Below are positions 50,479 through 63,035 of a DNA stretch of 64,000 bases, in pieces (the first letter of the stretch is position 1; every line of letters begins with the position of its first letter). The notes under the pieces were generated by a model. It saw nothing but the letters and a program-made list of their open reading frames with translations, did not search any database and was not told the origin of the DNA. This DNA comes from Callorhinchus milii (lineage: Eukaryota): positions 130,326,001 through 130,390,000 of the forward strand of contig NW_024704742.1 of assembly GCF_018977255.1 (NCBI RefSeq), given 5' to 3'. The position numbers and the translations under genes were made by a program.

Positions 50479-53400
50479 GAAATAATAGTTGAGCATATGT
50501 GTTGCTGTCATCTAATGCAACACAGTTATTTAAAGAAATACAGGACTACCATAGATACCCAGTCACATTGGTCTACAAAGGAATCTCTTGTGTGGCACTT
50601 TGTCAAAAGCCTTTTGGGAATGATTGTGCAGAGAATAGCTTTGCAATTTCTGTTCTGACACACAAAGGATATTAGCTCTATTCGTTTCGCCCACAAAATG
50701 TACAGTTGATTCACTTTACAATATATTCTGTGAAGCACTTTGAGACTTCTCAAAGATTTAATAAGGTGCTATATCAAATGCAAGGGTTATTATTATTCAC
50801 AGATATTAATACTGCACATACTGTAGTAGTCTCTGTCAGCTGCAGAGATGTAGGTGACTATATTCACCCAACATTGCTGATCATCTCTTATTTCAACATC
50901 CTATTTGTTTTTTCAGAATACTCAAGGAAACGATTTCCAAGGCATTAGGTTTATAAAGTACACACAGAACATGGTGTGGGAATGGGTGAACAAGACAGTA
51001 ACAGGGCAACAATGACAAGATGCCTGAGGGTGAAGAGAAAAGACTTGACAGATTTGGGTTAAGAGAGAATATTACTGTAGGAGACAACACTTTCAGCCAG
51101 AAAAAAAAGTCTCTTTCTTCAATTAATATATCAAAGACGTTTCAATGCTGCAATTACCAAGCGGTTGTATATGACATCCCCCCCAGCAATCAATGTTAAC
51201 GCTCCCTACGTAACTGAGGCAGTAGCACTTCATCAACAAAGGGTCACATTTTATTACATCTTTCATGTTCGGAGGGAGTCTGAAAGAGCTTCACATAGCT
51301 GACTGCAAGATGCCCCAGGGGTAGGGACGGGGAAGAAAGGAGGGAACTGGGTAAAGCAACCGAAAATGCAGTGAAAAAATAATAATAATCCTTGTATTTG
51401 GTATAGTGCCTTATCAAGTTGTCGAGACATCTCAAAGCGCTTCACAGAATATACTGTAAATTGACTGTATATTTTGTGAGCATTTTATTTCTCTTCAGCC
51501 AGAGAGAAAGCAGAGGGATTTCTGGAGAGTGTTTCGGAGACTGGCTGACGACTGCCACCGAGACTGAGGAACGGGCTATAGGTTAGTGGGAAGAGAGGAG
51601 GAGAGAACAGGTGGGAGCTTGTAGAAGTAGACGGGGAACATGGTGCAATAATTTGGAAATCAAGAAGAGGATATTAGATCATTTTCTAGAAACCCGTGAA
51701 CCAGTGGAGCGGAGCCTGGATACAAAGTTTATTCTCAGAGTCTCTTGTTCTCCTCCTCTTCTGCCACGCCAGATAATACAACTTGCCAAACACTTTGTCC
51801 CTTAAATGGATGCTCTTAGGGGAAATCCACACACCAGTTCAAACAACTTTACCAGATTAAAAACACCTCCACTAAATGAATCACACAGATAGAAATCGCC
51901 TACAAAAACACAGTCAATACACTCAGCAATAAAATCCTGTGAAGCTTTTCCAGACGTTTCAATAAAGTGATGACACTATATCAAATGCAAGGTTTAAGTG
52001 CCTTGGAATGTCCCCCCAATATAAAAGGCGCTATATAAATGTAATTTTTTTAATTGTAGTATTATTAATAATAATGAAGCAAATATTATTTACACTGAGT
52101 AATAATTTTTTAAATCCCACTGTTTAATTTTAAATGGGATTAGTTTACTTGTCAGGCCACTCCGTGAATCACCTCTCCTGAGCTTTCCCAAGACTGAAAG
52201 CTCATTAGGTTCATACCCGAAGGCTCCACCTGAAAACTAGAAATCTTTCTAACAAATCAAGCAATGAAGGCATTGAATTCTGGAGAGGCGTTTGTCACAT
52301 CTCTCAGTTCCTGGGGCTGGGCTGTTAAGCTGTGAAGAAACAGCTGCATTTAGAAATATAGAGAAAAATCTCTACTTGGAAAGGTGGCTAAATAGCAGAT
52401 GAATCATGTTTCGGTCGCAATTGCTAGAGTTTATCCATTGATTGACTTTGAGTTTCAGGTAAGTTCACACCAACCCTTTGGCTTTCCCAGCTGCCACCCC
52501 ACCCGACCACCATGACATACAATACAATATTACATTTGTATAGCGCCTTTCATATCGGGAGGACATCCCAAAGCGTTGACAGAAGGAAACTCAAGTTGGG
52601 GTAGGTTTAGAGTGGACTGCACGAGGTGCGGGCTGTATGGGACCATTTACCTCTTTGCGATAGCATGCTTTCTTAAAATGTATTGTCTTTATCATCCGCT
52701 TGACTCATTAGGGAGTTGGCTTTACTTATCATCCAACGCCTAATGGATCACATTGGTCGCAGGATGTTGTGTGCACGCATAAACATCCTGTCAAAACTCG
52801 ATTCAGTCAATAATCATTGGTCGCTTTCCAACTGCAACTCTGAACTTCTCACCCCAGCTCATTTGCACTCTGGCTTCTGTCGGATCTCCTTCCCCATCCT
52901 TCTCTGCTCTGCCCACTCATCCACCCCACATCAGGAACAATGATACAGTATTTCCCATCGCTTGATATGCCCGCTATTCTCCACGCTGAAACCTGTCCTC
53001 GTCACCAGTTCAGCTGTAATAATGATAATAATATAACAAATACAAGAATTATGAATTGTTATCATCACCTGATCAAATCATTGAAACTTCTCAAAGTACT
53101 TTACAGAAATTACTGTTAAGTGTAGTGACTGTCATTTGTAGGTGAACATGGTAGCCAATTTGCGCACAGCAGTATCCCACAAACAGCCATAAAGGTAATG
53201 GAGGGTAGTTAATGCAGGTAATTAGCCTGTTCCTGAATAAAACAAAAAGGGGAGTCAAATGCCTTGAGGAGTGGAGGAGCATGGCGAAAAATGGAGGAGG
53301 GAAAGTGCTGAATGAGGCATTTTTGGAGGTCGGTGTATGTGTGGGGGAGGGAGAGGCGTAGGAGCTAAAAACAGTAAAAAAATAAAACCCACACAAGAAA

Positions 53401-54427
53401 ACATTCTGAAGGGTGGGGTCCCCAAGGTCTCACTTAAACTCTCTGCTTTGTCTTGAAGTACACCAAATGCATTTGGCACAAGCGATTTTTTTTAATATAA
53501 ACTGACAAAAGTACCAAGCCAGCAATCTGTGAAGCCCACATGTTTTGATTGATGGGTTAAAACCGTGGGAACAGTTTGAACCATGCACCAACATGTAACT
53601 GCACCTCTCTGGCTCCCAGTCAAGCTTGAGCTCCCCCAAGCTGGAAACCCAGCGCACAGCGCATTTAGTAATAACTGATCCGTTTCCATGATGACTCAAA
53701 GATAAACGTTCTACCCAGAATGATAATGAGCTACAGAGACATGGAAGGTACGCAGGTTCAATCCCTGGTCTATGCTGAGATAGCTGATCGGCCCAGGACT
53801 GGAATAAAAGTGCTACAATTGGCCCAGGCTGGAGTCCAGGGTTCGCTCTTCTGATCTATTGTCTCTTTGTTGAAAGTGTACATCTCTGTACATCGGTCAC
53901 TTACAAGAGATGCAGTTACTACACTTCATGGTAAATCCTGTAAAGAGCTTTGAGACAGCCACCATACACGAAAGGCACTACATAAAATGTAAGGATTATT
54001 ATGATCGAGCTTGGCTGTTATCTTTCAGTTTCTCCCAGTGTCCTGGCCAACAATCCCCCAGATAAAATTGATCATTTACTTCATGACTGTTTGTGGGATT
54101 TTGCTGTATGCAAATTGGCTGCTACATTCACCTGCACAAATACACTTACTGTAAATGCTGCAGAAGTGCTCTCAAATACACGGTAAGGCCCTATATCAAA
54201 TGCAAGGATTATTATTATAAGTCAGCTTTTCACTTATAATGGAATTCCCCAAGAGTTCATCAGAATAGTTTGGATGTTTAGCCCATTTAATCTCATCCCT
54301 ATAGAAAATCCATTTCTACCATTCTTCCATCACAGCATTAAACTGTTTTTTAAATGAGTCCAATATACCAACCTCAACCATTGATTCTGGCAACCTGTTC
54401 CAGTCATTAGCATAGACTGCTGTTATC

Positions 54428-54728
54428 CCATGCTTCAGACGAGACAACCCGAGACCCCATCTGCCTGTTCAGGTGGGTATTAAAGATCCCATGGCACTAT
54501 TCGAAAAGAGAAATGAGTTTCTCCCGGTCTCCTAGCCAACAATCCCCCCAACTAATCATTCACTTCATAGCTGTTCATAGGATATTGCTGTGTGCAAATT
54601 GGCTGCCATGTTGCCCACAAAACATACACAGTTACTGCACTTTACAGTAAATCCTGTGAAGCGCTTTGAGACGTCCAACTGACATGAAAGGCGCTATGTC
54701 AAATGTTAAAGATTATTAATATTATTGA
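54428..54728 (+). mobile_element. Family B SINE
   Basis: ctgcctgttcaggtgggtattaaagatcccatggcactattcgaaaagag. Confidence 0.85.
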
Positions 54729-57700
54729 TAGTATAATGAAGATTCATGTTTTTTTAAAAAAAGAAAAATGTGTAGTTTTGTATAATTGCTCCAGCTGCAG
54801 CCCTGCCAGCCACAGATATGACTTCCTCAGATTGTGCCAGCGTCAGCCTGAGAGGAGTGAGGAGAGACAGAAATACCTGTCATCACCGACATGTTTATCA
54901 AAGACTGAGCCAAGGCACCAATCACCAAGAATCCATGTGGCATCCAACCACTGCCCTCTAGAGGTCGTATATGAAAGTACAGTTCTTGCGGAGGCTATTG
55001 GCCCTTCTATTGCTGCCAATTTATATTTACACCGAGCACAATCTTTCACGAGGCGTACTTACTTTAGGTTCCTCTCCTCCCCACCTCCCCTCACCCATTC
55101 ATCTTTTGAATACAAACGCAAGAAAGTGGTGATGAATTTGTAGGAGTCATTGGTTAGGCCACTGGATGCAGTGTAGGCGATGCCAGAGATGAAAACATGG
55201 GGCTATAAAGAAAGGCTAGAGAGATCAGGACTCTTCTCATTGGAACAGTAAATTCAAAGTCCTTACCTCTTTGACCGTGCTTTCAGTTACCTTCAGAAAA
55301 GTGAGTTTTTCCCGGTGTCCTGGCCAACAATCACCTAAATACAATTGGTCATTTCCTTGTGGGATATTGTAGTGCAGAAATCGGTTGCTGATTCACCCAC
55401 AAAATACACACAGCTTTACAGAATATATTGCGATATCTCAATAATAAGGTGCCATATCAAATACAAGGATAATTGGAGTTGAGGAACAAATCAGCCATCA
55501 TTTAATAGAATGGTAGAACAGGCTCGAGGGGCTGAATGGCCTATACCTGTTCCTATATTCGGATGATCTTTCCCCTCCTCAGCCTCTCCAGGTCCTGCTC
55601 CCCAGCTGCAGCCACAGTCAAGCGTTTTGAAACGTCCTTCTGACGTGAAAGACGCCATATAAATATAAATTATATTGTATTTTATTTACAGTGTTTCTAT
55701 TTATAGTTTCAAAGTTCTGTGTGACACATTCTCCTGAAGTGAAAATGCACCATATAAATGTAGTTTTAAAGTTTGTTTTAGCAGACTAACGTTATTGAAG
55801 TTATTCTCTGCATCTATTTAAATGTATTAGTCAGTGTCATAAAGCACGAGCTGAAAGTGTGCCAGAAGACTATGAGGTAATGACAGCCAGTCTGGCTCAC
55901 TGCTTGGCTTACTTAGACTCTCTCAACATGAAATAACCAAACACCCAGAGGAAACGTCTTCTCATTCTCAAAACTATTGCTTCAATGAACTGCAAACGTC
56001 ACTCTGATCAGAGCTACTTAGTATAAATCACAAGAGGCTCAGATGCAGAAAGCATTGCATGGCACATTTGATCTCATTCGGAGTCTAATATCCATTTCTC
56101 AGGCCTCATAGCTTGGTGACATGAACAAATATTATAATGTCAGTGCAGGCATTGTCGTGCAGTGATGTGAATTGTCCCCTGTGGGACTCCACTCCTCAGA
56201 AACTCCCTCACCCGCGCTCCCATCCCCCAAATTCATTGAGGGTATTTGTGTAGTTAAGCAGCTTAACTCAACCAGTGTCCTTTGAAGTAGCCATCGGATG
56301 TTGCCTCTGGAGCTGACGTAAAAGTATTTGTGTTCCGCTATAACTGAGCAGGTATTCAAGATGGCAGCAGAACAAAGAGCCCACAGACCTGACCATTGCG
56401 TTGTAATTGAAGGTGGGGGAGGGGAGAAATAGATATTCAGACCTAAAATCAGCAGATAATTGGACTGAAATTATTTTGTTGCTTCTGGTTTGCATTAAGA
56501 GCAACGGCTTTGGTGATGTCGGCCATTAAAGGGATTTCCCCCATTATAATCGCACATCAGCAAAGGCAATCTAAGCGACAGGCCTAATTCTGATTGGAAT
56601 TCCAGCTCGTGAGTGTGATCATTAGCACAGCGAATCGGTTATGAAACATCGCATTTTTCACAGATAATAGCCATTTGTCGCTGCTGCTGGATGTTGAGAC
56701 CCTCTTCAACAAAAGAGAGAGAATCCTCCTCGTTCTTCATAAAGAAACTTATGCAAAAGCCATAAATACCCAAAGGAAAAGAAAAGCTGCCTCAACATCA
56801 TTTTCAGAATCCAAACAACCCAGTACCTGTGCTCACAAAGAACCATTTGTGTAATAGCACTTCCCTTGAGAAGACCTCTATCTCATTCATATTTAAGAAG
56901 AGCAGCTTTCTCTTCTCCACCTCGCGAGTGTAAGAGACTTACCTCATCCCGAGGAGGATTATCAGAAATAGATCTAACTCAGACCAAGTTAACAACACAG
57001 ACCAAGGCTCGAACCTCAGCCATTTGTTTTGTTTCCAAAATGAGGAAGAATTGCTATTAATAATCCTTGCATTTGAAACAGCTCTTTATCACATTGTCGA
57101 GATGTCTCAAAACGCTTCATAGAGTATAGTGCAGTAAATGTATAAATGTCTATCGCTACACTTCACAGTAAATCTTGTGAAGCTCGTTTGAGCCATTTCA
57201 ACAATGTGATAAGGGGCTATATCTTATGCAAAGGACTATTATTATTATTATTTTAATTATCCAAAAGCAGCACTTCTGACAACGTAACATAAGCAGAAAT
57301 TGTAAATGTACGAAATTGCAACAGCTAATTTGCATGCAGCAATGTTTAATGTGTATTCCGAAGGACATCACCACTGACAATGTGGCTCTCCCCAAGTTCA
57401 AGGTACTGACATGGGACTTGAACCTATAACCTTCCAACTCAAAGGCAAGTTTGAGCTCCCAACTGAGCCAGGCTGACACTTGCCCTTTTGGACATGAAAT
57501 GGAAGCTAGTTTACCATCTGCAGCAACCATTTGAACACAGAGAGAGACAAACCAACCCACAAATTGGCCTATTTTAAATGGACGTGCATAAAAATGGATC
57601 CAAAAAAATCTGTCACATTCAAAAATGAATGTCTATGTTATAAACTGAAAGACCTTTTATGGATAGATGCTGAAGAGCTTATTCACCCAACTTGCTGCCT

Positions 57701-58513
57701 TCAAAATCCACAACCCCCAGTCACACATAAGGGTGAGAATTACTCACAAACAACATCCGTGAGAAGCTCGTCAAATTAACGCATCAATTACTGACCTTGG
57801 AGGAGAAATGTTCAGTATACCATATCCTGATATGGCTGGCTCAGTTGCTATCCTGTGAAGCATTGAAGTCACCACGATGATACGATGAGGCGCTACATCA
57901 AACGCAAGGATTATTATGTATATGTATTTAATGATGATGGTGATGGAATCAGATTATGGTACTAAATGTGTAGTGTAGTAGAACTGTAGTTTATAGCAAA
58001 CTTGTTCAGGTTATTATCCAGTAGGAAAGATGATAGATTTGTACCACAGACTGATTATTATTAATAATAATAATACAGAATAATTACATTCCTTGAATTT
58101 GATATAGCATCTATGATGTCAAAATGTCTCCAAGCCCTTCACAGGGAATTGTCGTAAAGTGTAGTTTGTAGGTGAATGTGGCGACTAATTTTTTTACACA
58201 GCAAGATGTCATAGGATTTCTTACATCCACTTAAACACATTTAATGCTTCGCCTACAAATACACAATCACTACAATTCACAGAAAATCCCACGAAGTGTT
58301 GTGAGATGGTTCAACAATGTAGGAAGGGCACATTATCTAATCCAAAGATTGTTATTTTATTCATCTGAAAGACGGCACTTCTGACAATACATCACTCCTC
58401 CAGCAGTGCACTGGAATATCAGCCCACGCTGTGAACATTAGGTCATAACACTAGACAACCTTGTAATCCAGAGATCAGACTCTTACCAACTAAGCTAACC
58501 GTGACCTACAAAG

Positions 58514-58826
58514 TAAATAATAAATAATAATAATCCTTGCATTTGATATAGCGCTGATCACGTCTTCTCGACGTCTCAAAGCGCTTCATAGAATATGCTG
58601 TAAAGTGAATTGACTGTATATTTGTGGGTGAAACACGGCAGCCAATTGTGCACAACAATGTCCCACAAACAGTTGTGGATTGAAGTGACCAATTTATAAT
58701 TTTGTTTTCTTGAGGGATTATTATCAAGCGTGTGGAAACTTGCCCAAGGTATCGTCCTGCCAGGAATCGAACCCAGGTCTGCCACTTGCGAGGCAAGTGC
58801 TCTAACCACTGAACTACAGCATTCCA
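58514..58826 (-). mobile_element. Family A SINE, internal-deletion subfamily
   Basis: Same deletion junction and diagnostic changes as 49036-49376. Confidence 0.88.
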
Positions 58827-59100
58827 CAGTAGCAGACTTTCGTTCTTTATAACCAAACTTGTAAAGGTGCCATTGTTACTCATGTCACATTCGTCAGGCT
58901 TGTCTGATCTGCCTACAACGTCACTTAATCATAGAATTATACAACACAGAAGGAGGCCAATCGGCCCATGATGTCGGTGCCGGTCTGAGAAGTGAATAGA
59001 AAGACATCAAGAGGAAACTCTCGACCATGATGTGGTTGAACGGGAAGATGTGATCGACAAACCCACATGATTCAATGTGACTGACGGCTCCAGTGCTTAC

Positions 59101-59591
59101 CTGGCACCTGCAACATCGACACCGACCATCAGCTGTCCATTGAGTGACAACACTTCGTCCCGGATTTTAATCTTCCCGCACTTCGCGGCGGGACCTTGTT
59201 TCCTCACTTCCGTCACCCAGATACATCCAATGTCCAGCATGGGTCCTTTGCTACCCCACTTCCTGGTTTCCCTCTTCCTCTTCTCCTGCTCACTCAGGGA
59301 ATCCCAATAAATCGGGACATTCCCGAAGCGCAGCCCCAGCTGATCGCAGTCTCCCTCTCCTCTGGTCAAGTGAACGGGGCAGATCTCAAAATCCTCCCGG
59401 ATCCTCTGGTCTGGCTGGAACGTACTCTCTCCCACAGCACCGAAATTCAAGTGGATGTATTCGCAGAGCATCTGAATGGCCGACTGGCAGAGATGATGCA
59501 GTGGGCTTCTCTGTTCCTCTCCCAGCCCAGAGCGCAACGAGCGTTCAAAGAGAGGGAGACAGAGTGCAGCATTTTCTGGAGTCACCGGCAT
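59101..59591 (-). CDS. PDZD2: First coding exon of a PDZ domain-containing protein 2 family gene (N-terminus plus most of PDZ1); PDZD2 ortholog or close paralog
   Basis: Translation MPVTPENAALCLPL...LCQSAIQMLCEYIHLNF...EICPVHLT...GLRFGNVP...GPMLDIGCIWVTEVRKQGPAAKCGKIKIRDEVLSLNGQLMVGVDVAGA closely parallels the PDZD2 N-terminus as I recall it (MPITQDNA...RDEILSLNGQLMVGVDVSGAS). In-frame TGA 11 codons upstream (59622-59624); A at -3 of the ATG; ends in GCC AG|GTAAGC, a phase-2 donor after 491 nt. Confidence 0.9.
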
Positions 59592-59979
59592 TGTTGGACA
59601 GCCAGCGCCAGCATTCCCACATCAGGTGAAGGACAGCCCATCAGGAGTCACACTATACTGCGATGCAGATCATAAATCTTTCAGAAAACAGTAAGCAGCT
59701 TCCTCACATCATTGTCATCTCAGTGTGTCACTCAGGCCTTCAGGTTTGAGATAATGTCGAGAGGGCTTTTCTACTTAGCATCTCGTCCATCTTAGCATTA
59801 ATAAAAGATTGTGGGACAATAACACGGAGAGAATCCATTAAGCGGGTTGGAGTGACAAGAGAGAAAAGGCCATTAAATGTGGACTAGTAAAAGGATTTCA
59901 CTGACTCTGTAAAGCCTTGAGATTCACATTGTTGTGGAGGTCTGAGGATAGGTACTTTTAACTCCAGTGAGGTTTTATC
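59592..59979 (-). other. PDZD2: 5' UTR part of the start-codon exon, with probable splice acceptor at 59980-59981
   Basis: Repeat-free stretch; minus strand reads TGTGACTATGTGCCTTGTTCTCTTTTAAAG|GATAAAACC (pyrimidine tract then AG), giving an 879-nt exon. Confidence 0.6.
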
Positions 59980-60186
59980 CTTTAAAAGAGAACAAGGCAC
60001 ATAGTCACAAACGTCATTCAATAAATCATGATTTCAGCTTGACGACAATTTCAATTTGTTTTTGAAACAGGGCAGCTGCATATTCAGCTAATTTGCCGTG
60101 GGTATTACCATTTATTTCAAAGACAGTTAGAGTCAAACTGAATGTTTCCTTTCCCCCCAAATGTTTATTTTCTCTCCTCTTCCCAA

Positions 60187-60311
60187 CACACAATTGTCTG
60201 CCGCGTTTCACCCACAAAATACAGTCAATCCAGTATATTTTGTGAAGCACTTTGAGACTTCTCGACGACGTGATAAGACGCTAGATCAAATGTAAGGATT
60301 ATTATTATTAT
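60187..60311 (+). mobile_element. Family A SINE 3' portion
   Basis: caattgtctgccgcgtttcacccacaaaatacagtc...gtgataagacgctagatcaaatgtaaggattattattatt. Confidence 0.88.
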
Positions 60312-61029
60312 AAAGCAGTTTAAGATATCATACAACTTTTTAATGTAAAGTAAATGTAAAATGTTGCTTTTGTATATTGTACTAATGTTTTAGCAACAAA
60401 GTAAGAAAGGTTGTATATTTTAATCAGATAGTTAGAAAAGAGATACAACAGAACATCATTTATCTGCATTTTCACAATGTACAGTTTGGGGTTAGAGATA
60501 AATATTGAAGGGAGAATAAGAGATAGAAAGTTAGAGAGAGAGAAAGGCAGAGAGAAAGTAGCAGAGAGAGAAGGGCTGGCACAGTATGCTACTACAATAA
60601 CAGTAAAATCCTGATAGAGCAGTTTTGGTCTATCTACATTTTCCATGATGTCCAATTGTCCGTACTGTTTACTTATCCACAAAGCAGCCAGAATCAATTA
60701 TTGCAGATCATCGGCTCTGCACAGTATGTAAATTATTGTACTTCCCAAGCTTTTCATGACTACTCCAAATCTATGTCTGTCCAACGCCTTGGGACGTCCT
60801 CCCAATGTGAAAGGAACTATACAAATGTAATTTACTGTTCTTGTTATTGTTGTTCTATCAGATGACTATCTTAAAGATGTCAACAGGTCAGAGTCCCAAA
60901 ATTCAATAACAACAATTTGCCCACGGCAAACCATCCTCCAAAATCAAGACTGAAATAAACATATTTCCAAGATTCTGCCCGATCGATTATCATATTAACA
61001 AATAGTACAGTATTGACCAGCTTGTATTG

Positions 61030-61360
61030 TCAGCACGGCTCAGTGCAAAGCAATCTTGTATCTGGGTTAGAAGGTTGTAGGTTCAAACTCCTGGTCATAG
61101 TCCATAGCTGACACTCTTCTGGGGAGGAGCACTGCATTGTCAGAGTGAGATGTGCAAACTGGGGTCCCATCTGCCCGATCAGATCACTATTCAAAAGAGG
61201 GGAGTTTCTCCCTGTGCTCTGGCCAACACTCGTCCAGATGCACGCAATTGGCTGCTTTGTTTTGCCCACAAAATATAAACTTTACAATATATTCTGTGAA
61301 GCATTTTGAGACGTCTTGAAGACGTGATAAGGCGCTCTATCAAATGCGAGGATTATTATG
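61030..61360 (+). mobile_element. Family B SINE, decayed
   Basis: ggctcagtg...agaaggttgtaggttcaa...gctgacactc...ctggccaaca...gtgataaggcgctctatcaaatgc. Confidence 0.75.
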
Positions 61361-62083
61361 AATTGATCCTTGGCCTCACTGATCATTTTATGGGAACCAT
61401 CCTGCACGCAATAACGGTTGCGGGATTTGCCTACAAATACAATCTACAATCACCGCTGGTCCTGACACTGAAGCAATCTGATATTTACAGGTGCGCATAT
61501 CAAATGTGAGGATGAATGATTTCATACTGCTGAACGTAGTAGGTGGCATTCATTTACAGTAAAGTTCCCACTGCAAGCACTTAGCCATACATAACCTGAC
61601 GCCTTCGGTGTTTCATTAGTGGACCTTTAGTGCAAATAGCATTCAACAGAGAGAGAGAGAGAGCAATTTCCTAGAGGATGCAGTCGGTTTAATTTTAATT
61701 CCCATCTGGTAAACTGGATGCGCTTCACTCCCAAACTCCTTTTATTTGGTTGACCATGAAAAGAATAGTCCCCTTAAATGTGGGAACACAAATGAATTCC
61801 TGATTCCCCGACACCATATGAAAGCAATTTATGTGGCTCGGGGAAGGTTTGGACGTTCAACAAGCTGGTAATAATTTCCACGCTTCCCTGTGCTGTTCAA
61901 CGTGCAGGCAATTGTGACTTTTTGGGGGTGGGGGGAAAGCATTGCAAATAATCAGTCTGCATTTAATAAAGTGTTTTTATTGTGTTTATGTATTCAGGTA
62001 AGCACCAACAGGTGTTTAATATAAAACAGCCTCTCGCCTGAATTTCATAAAATCACATTTTGTATTTGTCTAATATAGTTCTC

Positions 62084-62180
62084 ATCTCTCTTTCTCTCTC
62101 TCTCCTCTTCCTCTCTCTCTCCTCTTCCTCTCTCTCTCCTCTTCCTCTCTCTCTCCTCTTCCTCTCCCCTCTGCTCCCTT
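62084..62180. repeat. Compound polypyrimidine repeat, roughly (CT)4-5 CCTCTTC units
   Basis: Direct reading. Confidence 0.9.
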
Positions 62181-62815
62181 TCTGTGTAAGAGTAAAAGTT
62201 AATGTTGTATATGTGTCTAATTTGTAGATTTTCGTAACCTGAATCCAAGCATCAGAGCAGAGTTCCTAAGAGACAGGTCCAAGGGACTGTATCCTCTTAC
62301 AGTGGAGAATCTGGACAATTTGGATTCCTTATGAAGGACTGATGTTATGGAACATCCTAAACTAGTTCTCACTGAGTGTAGGGCGAGAGGTAGAGAGCAG
62401 GATGGGGGTGGAGATTTATCCACAGTTTTGCCAGATACTAAGACTGACTGTGGAGAGGAGGGGAGGGGGGATGTGGAGAGAAGGGGAGCGGGAGGTAGAG
62501 AGGAGGGGAGATGGAGGTGGAGAGGAGCATTGGGTGGAGGTGGAGAGGAGCATTGGGGGATGTAGCTGTGATCTCTGAATTCAACATAATCAACGTGGTA
62601 TCTGACCTGAAACCCAGCACTAGCTGTTGTTTGAGTCATTAACAACAGGAAGGAAGAGCAGGTGATTCCATTATAGTCAGGAATTTTAAAGTTCTTTCAA
62701 GTAGGCTTTGTGCCTTGTTCCCCTTGGGCATGAGAAGGTAATAGCTGTGAAGGCAATACAATGCATTTACTTTTTTTTATTTACATTACTTTCACAATAT
62801 CACTGAAACACGAGC

Positions 62816-63035
62816 AACCCTGAAATTCCACATGGTGTCTTACCCTGCAGGACTTGTAAGCTTGTCTTAAAAATTAAGATTGCATGGCATTGTACAAAAT
62901 TCTTACATTTTTCTCTACTTTGGAAGATGTCTCTTTTTCAGAACTGTGTAAAAATGACATAAATTTAAGAATTTTCAATAAATCTGTGCCATCTTAACAC
63001 TGAAGACAAAATGGACTTACAGGGTAAGGCTAGGT
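62816..63035. mobile_element. Palindromic MITE-like family copy
   Basis: cttaccctgcagg pairs with cttacagggtaag; ttgtcttaaaaattaagattgca pairs with tgccatcttaacactgaagacaa. Confidence 0.65.

Larger units (their letters stand above)
1..59100 (-). other. PDZD2: Long intron after the first coding exon, apparently extending past the window start
   Basis: Begins GTAAGC. I could not find the expected phase-2 continuation (YLAEQCW-like) by eye; the interval is repeat-dominated. Confidence 0.65.

Noticed and set aside
59097..59100. Stop codon ending the 164-aa ORF
   Set aside because: The TAA is part of the GTAAG donor, so the protein continues after splicing.
59196..59675. 159-aa plus-strand ORF
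   Set aside because: Antisense shadow of the PDZD2 exon; no recognisable product.
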